From UHGV virus genome UHGV-0166683: a DNA stretch of 15,589 nt, one strand, 5' to 3'. Below are positions 7,763 to 15,525 of this stretch, in pieces; position 1 is the first letter of the stretch; each line of letters starts with the position of its first letter. The stretch is from a virus. The notes beneath the pieces were generated by a model. The model saw nothing but the letters and a program-made list of their open reading frames with translations. It had not been told where the DNA came from and did no database searches. The position numbers and the translations under genes are program-made.

Positions 7763-7774
7763 TCAATGTTTATG

Positions 7775-7797
7775 AACCTGCTTCGGCAGGTTTTTTT
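7775..7797 (+). terminator. Rho-independent terminator downstream of the cI-like gene
   Basis: AACCTGC-TTCG-GCAGGTT: 7-bp stem with a TTCG tetraloop, running into a 7-T tract (7791-7797), 13 bp after the cI-like stop. Confidence 0.7.
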
Positions 7798-7801
7798 ATA
7801 C

Positions 7802-7829
7802 TTGACAATGTGCCTTTGAGATACATAAT
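7802..7829 (+). promoter_or_regulatory. Candidate sigma70 early-left (pL-like) promoter
   Basis: TTGACA (7802-7807), 16-bp spacer, CATAAT (7824-7829). An operator half-site TGTACC (7829-7834) abuts the -10, and a degenerate TGTGC-N7-ATACA lies in the spacer. Located just after the cI terminator and about 100 bp upstream of the first plus-strand early gene. Confidence 0.45.
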
Positions 7830-7935
7830 GTACCCAAGAGAAACAACAAACAGGCAGGACGCCCACGAAGTAGCCGCCTGGGGCATATGAAGTCCAGGAT
7901 GATTCGTTAGCGGATGATTTCAGTGGAGAGAATAG

Positions 7936-8244
7936 ATGAATGAGCAGGATTTGAAGCATGTGATCGCATTGTTGCTGGAAGACGCTAAACGTTTGCAGCA
8001 GATAGAGCCAAATGCAGGCACTGAGGCCCGTATTTTGTTAGCAAAACAGGCATTAAAGACTTGCGAGGCGCAAGACCCTGATCGAACCAAGTTCATGAAT
8101 TTCATGGCTAACACGATCACCCCACTGCCATGCAATGGAGAGAGGGTGAGCCGTGTTTATCACGACACAATGGTTAAGGCATTAAGAATCGAGCTTGATG
8201 GGCTTAGGCGTAAGATCGTGATGAACAAAATCGTTGCCAACTAA
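7936..8244 (+). CDS. Hypothetical early-left protein (102 aa)
   Basis: SD GGAGAG 7 nt upstream of ATG 7936; first ORF downstream of the pL-like promoter. No recognisable domain; not Arg-rich like lambda N. Confidence 0.5.
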   Translation: MNEQDLKHVIALLLEDAKRLQQIEPNAGTEARILLAKQALKTCEAQDPDRTKFMNFMANTITPLPCNGERVSRVYHDTMVKALRIELDGLRRKIVMNKIVAN

Positions 8245-8523
8245 GGAAGCAGACGGAAGTAAGCATGCGCTTTGTTCAAATTTGCAGACAAATATATTTG
8301 CGTCAACACCAGCACTGTTAGCAATGGAAAAAGTTTGATCAAGGATTTGTTGGCAGTTCATTGTGCTTTTGAGGATATATCCCTCTGGAATCAGTCTGCA
8401 GCAGCTATCGTCAGACTCTTTGATTGTTTTCTGGTACAGAAAGTTAAGCATTAATTCTTCAAATTTTTTGGTCTGTTCGGCTGTTGCTTCAAACAGACGA
8501 ACGTGAACATAAAACTGGTTCAT
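8182..8523 (-). CDS. Hypothetical protein (113 aa from internal Met; ORF extends to 8559)
   Basis: AGGA SD (AAGGAAACCTA-ATG) before ATG 8523-8521. Protein-like composition (FYVHVRLFEATAEQTKKFEELMLNFLYQ). Overlaps the 3' end of the 7936-8244 ORF convergently by 63 bp, so one of the two may be spurious. Confidence 0.4.
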   Translation of the reverse strand: MNQFYVHVRLFEATAEQTKKFEELMLNFLYQKTIKESDDSCCRLIPEGYILKSTMNCQQILDQTFSIANSAGVDANIFVCKFEQSACLLPSASLVGNDFVHHDLTPKPIKLDS

Positions 8524-8665
8524 TAGGTTTCCTTGCTGGCTGTGTGAGAACTCCAGCATACCACCGAGCCTGAAGTGGTGAAAAGACAGGCAATAGTTTC
8601 ATTGCTGTGTGTAGTCCTGGCGGTACCAGTTTGTACCCTTGCTTCCGGCTGGTACCGCTCTTTTT

Positions 8666-8754
8666 ACAAAACAGAGAAGAGCATCACCGGACGACGGGCT
8701 CATAACCCAATCCATCCGGGCGGCTGCCACCGCAGGTGTTCTTCTCTGTTTTGT
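8666..8754. repeat. Perfect 15-bp inverted repeat pair with 59-bp spacer in a divergent intergenic region
   Basis: ACAAAACAGAGAAGA (8666-8680) and its exact reverse complement TCTTCTCTGTTTTGT (8740-8754), with partial extension of complementarity. Spacer is GC-rich with internal self-complementarity. Confidence 0.45.
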
Positions 8755-8802
8755 GGAGAAACCAACCGACCTTGCAGGGTCGATATGATGAGGAGCAGCA
8801 AA

Positions 8803-9165
8803 ATGGCTAGCGAACGCGGTACTGATGTGCAGGCATTTATCGGGGAGCTGGACGGCGGCGTATTTGAAACCAAAATCGGCGCAGTTCTCAGTGAAGTCGC
8901 TTCCGGTGTGATGAACACGAAAACCAAAGGTAAGGTCTCACTCAACCTGGAAATCGAACCATTTGATGAGAACCGTGTGAAAATCAAACACAAACTCTCA
9001 TATGTTCGCCCGACTAACCGCGGGAAAATTTCCGAAGAAGACACCACCGAAACGCCGATGTATGTCAATCGCGGTGGGCGCCTGACTATTCTGCAGGAAG
9101 ACCAGGGACAATTACTGACTCTTGCCGGTGAGCCTGACGGAAAACTCCGCGCAGCAGGTCATTAA
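8803..9165 (+). CDS. Hypothetical early-left protein (120 aa; position corresponds to YfdP-like gene upstream of yfdQ)
   Basis: Strong SD AGGAG (8791-8795), 7 nt before ATG 8803. The upstream in-frame extension back to 8575 is Cys/Arg-rich and lacks an RBS, so it was rejected. Confidence 0.6.
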   Translation: MASERGTDVQAFIGELDGGVFETKIGAVLSEVASGVMNTKTKGKVSLNLEIEPFDENRVKIKHKLSYVRPTNRGKISEEDTTETPMYVNRGGRLTILQEDQGQLLTLAGEPDGKLRAAGH

Positions 9166-9230
9166 TATCGTTCTTAATTAACTGATTATTTACCTCATCA
9201 CTGAATATCTTTATATAGTGAGGACTTATT

Positions 9231-10055
9231 ATGTCTCAGAACTTAGACGCAACCGCAATTAATCAAATCCATGCCCTTATTTCTGCTCAGGGTGTTAATG
9301 AAATTATCAGTAAGATTGGTGCCGACGCAGTGGCATTACCTGAAAATTTCCGCATTCATGATCTGGAAAAATTTAATTTAAATCGCTTCCGTTTCCGTGG
9401 CGCGCTTTCCACTGCCTGCATCGATGACTTTACCCGTTATTCTAAAGATCTTGCAGATGAAGGCACCCGCTGCTTTATCGATGCCGATAATATGCGTGCC
9501 GTCAGTGTTCTTAACCTGGGTACTATTGATGAACCAGGTCACGCAGATAATACCGCCACTCTCAAACTGAAAAAGACAGCACCGTTCTCTGCACTGTTGT
9601 CTGTTAACGGCGAGCGTAACTCCCAGAAGTCACTGGCAGAATGGATTGAAGACTGGGCCGACTACCTTGTGGGCTTTGATGCTAATGGTGACGCCATTCA
9701 GGCAACCAAAGCGGCTGCGGCGATCCGTAAAATCACAATTGAAGCGAACCTGACTGCTGATTTTGAAGACAATGACTTCAGCGGCAAACGCTCCCTGATG
9801 GAGTCTGTCGAAGCGAAGACCAAAGACATTATGCCAGTGGCATTTGAATTTAAATGCGTTCCGTTTGAAGGCCTGAAAGAACGTCCGTTTAAATTACGCC
9901 TCAGCATTATCACTGGCGATCGTCCTGTACTGGTACTACGCATTATTCAGCTGGAAGCAGTGCAGGAGGAAATGGCTAACGAATTTCGTGATCTGCTTGT
10001 TGATAAATTCAAAGACAGCAAAGTAGAAACCTTTATTGGTACTTTCACCGCCTGA
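9231..10055 (+). CDS. yfdQ: YfdQ-like protein (DUF2303 family), function unknown
   Basis: 274-aa ORF with SD GAGGA before the ATG. Length, position immediately upstream of an HD-domain YfdR-like gene, and the sequence as I recall it match CPS-53 prophage YfdQ. Confidence 0.7.
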   Translation: MSQNLDATAINQIHALISAQGVNEIISKIGADAVALPENFRIHDLEKFNLNRFRFRGALSTACIDDFTRYSKDLADEGTRCFIDADNMRAVSVLNLGTIDEPGHADNTATLKLKKTAPFSALLSVNGERNSQKSLAEWIEDWADYLVGFDANGDAIQATKAAAAIRKITIEANLTADFEDNDFSGKRSLMESVEAKTKDIMPVAFEFKCVPFEGLKERPFKLRLSIITGDRPVLVLRIIQLEAVQEEMANEFRDLLVDKFKDSKVETFIGTFTA

Positions 10056-10067
10056 TTTCATTACTGC

Positions 10068-10089
10068 AAATGCCCCTGCGGGGGCATTT
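10068..10089 (+). terminator. GC-rich stem-loop downstream of yfdQ-like gene (possible attenuator or weak terminator)
   Basis: AAATGCCCC-TGCG-GGGGCATTT: 9-bp perfect stem starting 13 bp after the stop codon. Only a short U-rich tail (TTTAT), so likely partial termination or an RNA stability element. Confidence 0.35.
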
Positions 10090-10183
10090 ATGGAAACGTA
10101 ATTGACTCAATAATCGCCTGATGGCGAGGGTTTTCTTTAACCAAAATTCAGCGCGGTGCAGCGCATATAACGTGGAGAACAAA

Positions 10184-10720
10184 ATGTCATTTATTAAAAC
10201 TTTTTCCGGGAAGCATTTTTATTATGACAAGATAAATAAAGACGACATCGTTATTAACGATATCGCGGTTTCCCTTTCAAATATCTGCCGCTTTGCAGGA
10301 CACCTTTCACACTTCTATAGCGTCGCCCAACATGCGGTGCTTTGCAGCATGCTGGTACCGCAGGAATTTGCTTTTGAAGCATTAATGCATGATGCAACAG
10401 AAGCGTATTGCCAGGACATTCCCGCACCACTGAAACGCCTTCTTCCTGACTATAAACGGATGGAAGAAAAAATAGACGCCGTAATCCGTGAGAAATACGG
10501 GTTACCTCAGGCTATGAGCACGCCCGTGAAATATGCCGATCTCATCATGCTGGCAACCGAACGCCGCGATCTCGGGCTTGATGATGGCTCTTTCTGGCCA
10601 GTATTGGAAGGTATCCCGGCAACAGAGATGTTCGAAGTTGTTCCTCTGGCTCCTGGCCATGCCTACGAGATATTTATGGAACGTTTTAAAGAGCTGCATA
10701 AGATACATAAGCAATCCTGA
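10184..10720 (+). CDS. yfdR: YfdR-like HD-domain protein (5'-deoxynucleotidase family)
   Basis: 178 aa from ATG 10184 (SD GGAG 6 nt upstream; ORF track begins at 10121). HD-domain motifs present: H..H (GHLSHFYSVAQHA) and HD (LMHDATEAY). Confidence 0.75.
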   Translation: MSFIKTFSGKHFYYDKINKDDIVINDIAVSLSNICRFAGHLSHFYSVAQHAVLCSMLVPQEFAFEALMHDATEAYCQDIPAPLKRLLPDYKRMEEKIDAVIREKYGLPQAMSTPVKYADLIMLATERRDLGLDDGSFWPVLEGIPATEMFEVVPLAPGHAYEIFMERFKELHKIHKQS

Positions 10721-10775
10721 CAGCGAAATTAACTAGTGAAATAGTTTTGTAGCAAAAGAAATGAGGTTATCAAAA

Positions 10776-11021
10776 ATGCTTCAAATGCTGACACTTGAGG
10801 AATGGGCTGCGGAAAAATTTAGGAGTAATCCTCCAAGTGTGTCCACATTGCGTCGTTATGCTAAGCAGAATTTATTTTGTCCACCAGCAATGAAACAAGG
10901 TCGACTCTGGCGAGTACGTGAGGACGCAGAGTTAGTTGGGGAATTAGTTACTCCAGTAATCAAGAAAAGTGATTCTATTATTCTGCAAAGGATTTTAAGC
11001 AATGGCAGCCAGACCACGTAA
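10776..11021 (+). CDS. xis: Excisionase (lambda Xis-like)
   Basis: MLTLEEWAAEKFRSNPPSVSTLRRYAKQNLFCPPAMKQGRLWRVREDAEL parallels lambda Xis (MYLTLQEWNARQRRPRSLETVRRWVRE..FPPPVKDGREYLFHESA). Overlaps the int start by 20 bp as in lambda. Start ambiguous among ATG 10761, 10776 and 10785. Confidence 0.75.
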   Translation: MLQMLTLEEWAAEKFRSNPPSVSTLRRYAKQNLFCPPAMKQGRLWRVREDAELVGELVTPVIKKSDSIILQRILSNGSQTT

Positions 11022-12129
11022 AAATAATGTTTCAGTACCTAACTTGTATCCGCTTTATAGTAGAAAAGTAAATAAAGTCTATTGGCGATATAAGCATCCA
11101 GTGACCGGGAAATTTCATTCGTTGGGCACAAATGAAGCTGAAGCTATTGCTATTGCCACTGAAGCTAACACTCGTCTGGCTGAGCAAAGAACCCGGCAGA
11201 TTCTAGCTATCAGTGATAGGATCGCAACCAGCAAAGGAAAAGCGATCACAACGTCAACCTGGTTAGATCGCTATCAAGCGATCCAGGATGACAGGCTCAA
11301 AAGTGGTGATATAAGACTCAACACCTATAAGCAAAAAGCTAAACCAGTATCCTTGCTCAGAGAACGAGCAGGAATGAAGTTGATCTCATCCGTTGATGTT
11401 AGAGATATAGCACAATTGCTTGATGAGTATATTGCAGCTGGACAGCCTAGAATGGCCCAAGTCGTTAGGTCTGTATTGATCGATGTGTTTAAGGAAGCAC
11501 AGCATTATGGCGAAGTTCCGCCAGGGTATAACCCTGCTCTTGCGACGAAGCAACCCAAAAGAAAAATTACCCGTCAACGCCTCAGCCTGGAAGAATGGCA
11601 AAAAATATTCGATATAGCAGACGCCAGTCATCGTTACATGGGAAATGCCATGCTCCTAGCTTTGGTCACTGGGCAGCGTTTGGGAGATATATCCAAAATG
11701 AAATTTAGTGATATTTGGGAAGATCATCTTCACGTCATTCAGGAAAAGACTGGAAGCAAAATCGCTATCCCTCTTTCTCTTCGCCTCAATGCGATTAACT
11801 GGAGTTTACGCGATGTAATAGCCCGCTGCCGTGACTATGCAGTCAGCCCATACCTAGTGCATTTTTTCCGTTCAACTTCACAAGCAGAACGTGGGGCACA
11901 GGTTAAATCCAATACATTGACGATGAACTTTAGTAAAGCGAGAGATTTAGCAGGAATTGACTGGGGTGATGGCTCACCCGCAACATTCCATGAACAAAGA
12001 TCGTTATCTGAACGCCTGTACAAGGAGCAAGGGATAGATACCAGAAAGCTACTTGGGCATAAAACACAACAACAAACCGATCGTTACCATGATGACCGAG
12101 GGAAAGGTTGGAGCAAAGTAGCTTTGTGA
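11002..12129 (+). CDS. int: Tyrosine site-specific integrase (lambda Int family)
   Basis: 375 aa. C-terminal catalytic region HEQRSLSERLYKEQGIDTRKLLGHKTQQQTDRYHDDRGKGW matches lambda Int (HELRSLSARLY ... LLGHKSDTMASQYRDDRG), including the conserved His and catalytic Tyr. Preceded by and overlapping xis. Confidence 0.9.
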   Translation: MAARPRKNNVSVPNLYPLYSRKVNKVYWRYKHPVTGKFHSLGTNEAEAIAIATEANTRLAEQRTRQILAISDRIATSKGKAITTSTWLDRYQAIQDDRLKSGDIRLNTYKQKAKPVSLLRERAGMKLISSVDVRDIAQLLDEYIAAGQPRMAQVVRSVLIDVFKEAQHYGEVPPGYNPALATKQPKRKITRQRLSLEEWQKIFDIADASHRYMGNAMLLALVTGQRLGDISKMKFSDIWEDHLHVIQEKTGSKIAIPLSLRLNAINWSLRDVIARCRDYAVSPYLVHFFRSTSQAERGAQVKSNTLTMNFSKARDLAGIDWGDGSPATFHEQRSLSERLYKEQGIDTRKLLGHKTQQQTDRYHDDRGKGWSKVAL

Positions 12130-12340
12130 GCGTTTAAGTTTCTCAATCCCACATTAATTATCTCATCACACATGTAACAGGCCCAAACAGACTGCTCTGA
12201 GCGACGAACCGTTGTTGACCAGTAACGCCATAGAGTATATTCAGTAAGTGTTCCAATGTATATAAGAAATGCGCTGTGTATATTTTTAATTCAAAATAGT
12301 TTGAAGCACAATCATGAAACAGATTCTTATGAATACAAAA

Positions 12341-13456
12341 TTAAATTAAATCAAATAGCCCATGTTCATCTATAGCCTTTGAACTAATTAAGTTCGCGGC
12401 TTCTATGTCATTGTCACTTGCCTCAGAAATAAGGAAAAATGAATCAACATGATTTTGCAAAATAATTTCCTTATACTTCTTGAGCCATTGTAATTTACCT
12501 GTAGTGAACAATACTTTACGCGGTAGCAAAATACGGCTAAAAACTGATGGAAGATACTCACTTCTATTAAATGGAATAAAAGGGTCGCCTAAAGAAAGAA
12601 TAGTTAGACGATTAAATTCACCGTGCGAATTCAATTTTTCAGCTGATTTGGCTATACCACTTGGTAAAAAAACACCTGTCTTGATACCGTTGCGTAAAGC
12701 AACAACAGCCATCATTTTATCAAAGGCAGTACCTCCAAATAATAAGGAATATCCTTTTTTAACAGAAAGATCAATAGTATCAAGAACAACTTGTTTTTCT
12801 ATATCACTTGGTGACGTGCTCGAAATTATCGAAAGATCAAAATCAGTAAATAACTGCCCAGTATAATAAAGATTTTTGCCGGTGAAAGTTGACAACTTTA
12901 AAGGAAACATTTTATCATCATGCTTAATTTCAGATACATTAAGATCTGTTAAGGATGGATAGTTAAAGTTTGGTGAGGCTTTTCCGTGTTTATTATTTTT
13001 TGATGCCTGCGGACTAAAAACTAGAATTTCATTTTTATTATTACACAGGTAATCCTGTATCATTTTTTTTACAATATCCCAATCAAGACCACCGTGACCA
13101 CAACCTAAAGCTGGCAGGGTGATTGTTTTTCCATGTTTATTATCCAAATATTTCGAGAGCCAATGCAGTCCTTTTTCGATATATTCGTACTTAGACTTAT
13201 TTCTCCAATGATCCTTGGTGGGAAAGTTTATGATTTCTATTTCCTTACCATACGTATCATTACCTTTCCAAACAGCTGGTCTTCCTGGAGATATTTCTCC
13301 TTTTTTACACAGCAATACGTATTCATTATACATTTCAGGAAACTTATTCTTAAAAGCAAAAGCAACCCCTGCCCCCATTACACCAACACAATTAACTGTA
13401 TTAATTCTAATGTCAGCAGCATAATCGAAAAAATCACCATCAACATATCTAATCAT
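12341..13456 (-). CDS. darG: DarG-like macrodomain protein (putative antitoxin; N-terminal macrodomain plus about 200-aa C-terminal domain)
   Basis: Start chosen at ATG 13456-13454 with strong SD AGGAGG (ORF extends to 13582). N-terminal region GDFFDYAADIRINTVNCVGVMGAGVAFAFKNKFPEMY ... IINFPTKDHWR ... LPALGCGHGGLDWD matches the DarG/TARG1-type macrodomain as I recall it from M. tuberculosis DarG. AT-rich gene. Confidence 0.7.
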   Translation of the reverse strand: MIRYVDGDFFDYAADIRINTVNCVGVMGAGVAFAFKNKFPEMYNEYVLLCKKGEISPGRPAVWKGNDTYGKEIEIINFPTKDHWRNKSKYEYIEKGLHWLSKYLDNKHGKTITLPALGCGHGGLDWDIVKKMIQDYLCNNKNEILVFSPQASKNNKHGKASPNFNYPSLTDLNVSEIKHDDKMFPLKLSTFTGKNLYYTGQLFTDFDLSIISSTSPSDIEKQVVLDTIDLSVKKGYSLLFGGTAFDKMMAVVALRNGIKTGVFLPSGIAKSAEKLNSHGEFNRLTILSLGDPFIPFNRSEYLPSVFSRILLPRKVLFTTGKLQWLKKYKEIILQNHVDSFFLISEASDNDIEAANLISSKAIDEHGLFDLI

Positions 13457-14163
13457 AAAACCTCCTTTGGTCAGAGTATACATCCTTATTTCTGGCTCTT
13501 CAATTCTATTGTCAAAAACTTTTACAAAGTCTGCATCAGTAAAACTGATGGCGCATTTTAAAATTAAAATCAATATGTCCATATCAAACGTTATATTTGT
13601 TATTTTTTGTATTTATTATTCATATCCATCATGTGCTATTAAATCGCCCAAAAGAACATAATAAATTATGTGCACCACTTTCTTCTTATTGAATTTTGGA
13701 TTACATTACGATCTAAATTAGATCTTTTGCCAATATCATAAACATATGCAGCAAACGTTGCAACAAGCTGTTCTCATTCTAACAGTTAGTAGAATATAAA
13801 CTCTGTAATTAGCACACTGAATTCCCTTCATCTATGAGTTACAACATCCTTTAAGTGAATAGTATTGTTAGTTTAAATCTATTAATATCATTCATAAAAC
13901 TATTTTATATAGTTAAAGTCATTATAAATCCATCTGAATATATACAGATGGATTCTGCCAATAGTCTTTGCAGGTGAAGTGCATGTTATATATTTTTTAG
14001 GGAATATATTTTCTAATTATTTCTCAGATAAAAATTTGCAGAACGAAATTACTTTACATAATACCGAATGTTACAGATTATTTTATTGCATATAAGCATT
14101 GAACTAACCACTATCACAGTGACTATGTTAATCATAAAATCTGCATCAAATTCAAAAAGCTCC

Positions 14164-15510
14164 TCATAAACTGTTCCCCTGCAATCTTTGGAGAACTTCA
14201 TCCCGGAGATCATCGATCCCGTCAGAAACCTGAGCTAACCAAACTTGACTTAATGAGCCAATATCAGCCTTACTTAGGGCTACTAACATATTGATATCTT
14301 CAGAAGATGTAACTATATCGAACAACTGATTTTTATTCCTCCCTTTAGCTACTATTTCCCCCAATAAATCATCATACGTAACTAACATCATTATTTTTCT
14401 AACTAGATCGGTTTGTATGACTGGCAGATCTTCTGTCAAAATTCGTTGTAGCATCGCAAGTGACTTCCTAGGATGCTCTCCATCTGCCTCATGCATGTAA
14501 TTATTATTCCAACGTGTTTTAGGCCCTTTGCCTATATCATGCAAATAAGCGGCCAACTCCAAAACTTCCTGATGAATAGAGTCTAATTGATAAAACTCTG
14601 GTGAATTAACTACAAGACTAGCCACTCGTCGACTATGAGAGCCAACATCTTCATTATGAGGCCCGTAGCTCGTCCCCAATCCATCGATATCTTCAAGCTC
14701 TTGGATGGAGGAGAAATTACCACGAATTGCACTTAGAGCATCACTAATACTTTGAAATTTTGGCCTCGTTTCTCGTTGAAATGAAGTTACATATTCAATA
14801 GCTTCATCAAAAAGCATTTTTAACACTACCGGTCCCGTGACTAAGGATGAGGACCAGTTTCCAGGTTGATAATAATAATGTTGAAAATCACCCTCAACAA
14901 TATTTGGTGGAACAATACCTTTGTTCTGGAAAATACTCCTCACAATATCAGACATAGAACGATTCCATGTAATTATCTGATTTATTTCGCTTAAAGAGAC
15001 ATGATCTGGCAGCAAAAGTTCTGCCATCTTTTTATGCCTCTGAGTCTCGTCAGCATAACCCCATGCATTATTATCTATGGTAGCCCAATCTAATACATCA
15101 AGCTGGTCAGCTTGAGTATTACCAGAATAAAAGTTCGGTGGATTAACTGTATTTGCGGAAGCATCTGTAAAATATGACCCATTCCTTGTTTCGAGTGATA
15201 ATATAGAAACTGAAAGATAGATAATAAATTGCTGATCTACATTTTTTTTATGAAGAACAGACAATTGCATGGGCGTTTTTTTTGCAAAATAAAAAGGAAC
15301 ATAATCATGAACACAACGACCATTCGTATTAGGCACCTGCATCACTGCCCTACGCCCCTGTATTCCTTCATCAGCAACATTCACATGTGATATACGACGT
15401 GCAATTTTCTGATTAGTCGAAAACAGCCCAGTTTCAATTATTGATTCAAGATTATCTACTGACGTAAAGTGATATGCATTTCGGTGTCTATGGTGAACAG
15501 GAACTGTCAT
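14164..15510 (-). CDS. darT: DarT-like DNA ADP-ribosyltransferase (DUF4433) fused to a C-terminal HD-phosphohydrolase-like domain
   Basis: N-terminal about 215 aa carries DarT hallmarks: YHFTSVDNLESIIETGL, HDYVPFYFAKKTPMQ, and the catalytic-Glu context KKMAELLLPDH (compare Mtb DarT HFTHVDNLPSIL, GDYVPFYFGPRSPM, RRMAEFLLRGH). C-terminal about 230 aa contains HD-domain motifs SHSRRVASL ... LELAAYLHDIGKG (HD codons at 14541-14536). AT-rich gene. Confidence 0.7.
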   Translation of the reverse strand: MTVPVHHRHRNAYHFTSVDNLESIIETGLFSTNQKIARRISHVNVADEGIQGRRAVMQVPNTNGRCVHDYVPFYFAKKTPMQLSVLHKKNVDQQFIIYLSVSILSLETRNGSYFTDASANTVNPPNFYSGNTQADQLDVLDWATIDNNAWGYADETQRHKKMAELLLPDHVSLSEINQIITWNRSMSDIVRSIFQNKGIVPPNIVEGDFQHYYYQPGNWSSSLVTGPVVLKMLFDEAIEYVTSFQRETRPKFQSISDALSAIRGNFSSIQELEDIDGLGTSYGPHNEDVGSHSRRVASLVVNSPEFYQLDSIHQEVLELAAYLHDIGKGPKTRWNNNYMHEADGEHPRKSLAMLQRILTEDLPVIQTDLVRKIMMLVTYDDLLGEIVAKGRNKNQLFDIVTSSEDINMLVALSKADIGSLSQVWLAQVSDGIDDLRDEVLQRLQGNSL

Positions 15511-15525
15511 GTACTGATGAATCCC

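Noticed and set aside
8575-8802. N-terminal extension of the 120-aa early gene (ORF track start 8575)
   Set aside because: Extension is Cys/Arg-rich with no RBS, whereas the internal ATG at 8803 has a strong AGGAG SD. The antisense ORF 8700-9068 was rejected for the same reason.
11386-12023. Minus-strand ORFs 11386-11631 and 11835-12023 inside int
   Set aside because: Antisense to a confidently identified integrase; no start signals.
12130-12340. Possible tRNA or tRNA fragment at the int-proximal att region
   Set aside because: No T-arm-like GGTTCGA/TCGAACC motif or cloverleaf-compatible sequence seen by eye; cannot be excluded without a tRNA scan or comparison to the empty site.
12480-13561. 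Plus-strand ORFs (12480-12866, 13133-13561, 13215-13424) inside the darG-like gene
   Set aside because: Shadow ORFs opposite a gene with clear macrodomain motifs; hydrophobic low-complexity translations typical of AT-rich antisense frames.
13467-13661. 64-aa plus-strand ORF in the darT-darG spacer
   Set aside because: Overlaps the RBS and start of the darG-like gene on the other strand, has no RBS, and is an isoleucine/phenylalanine-rich AT-driven frame.
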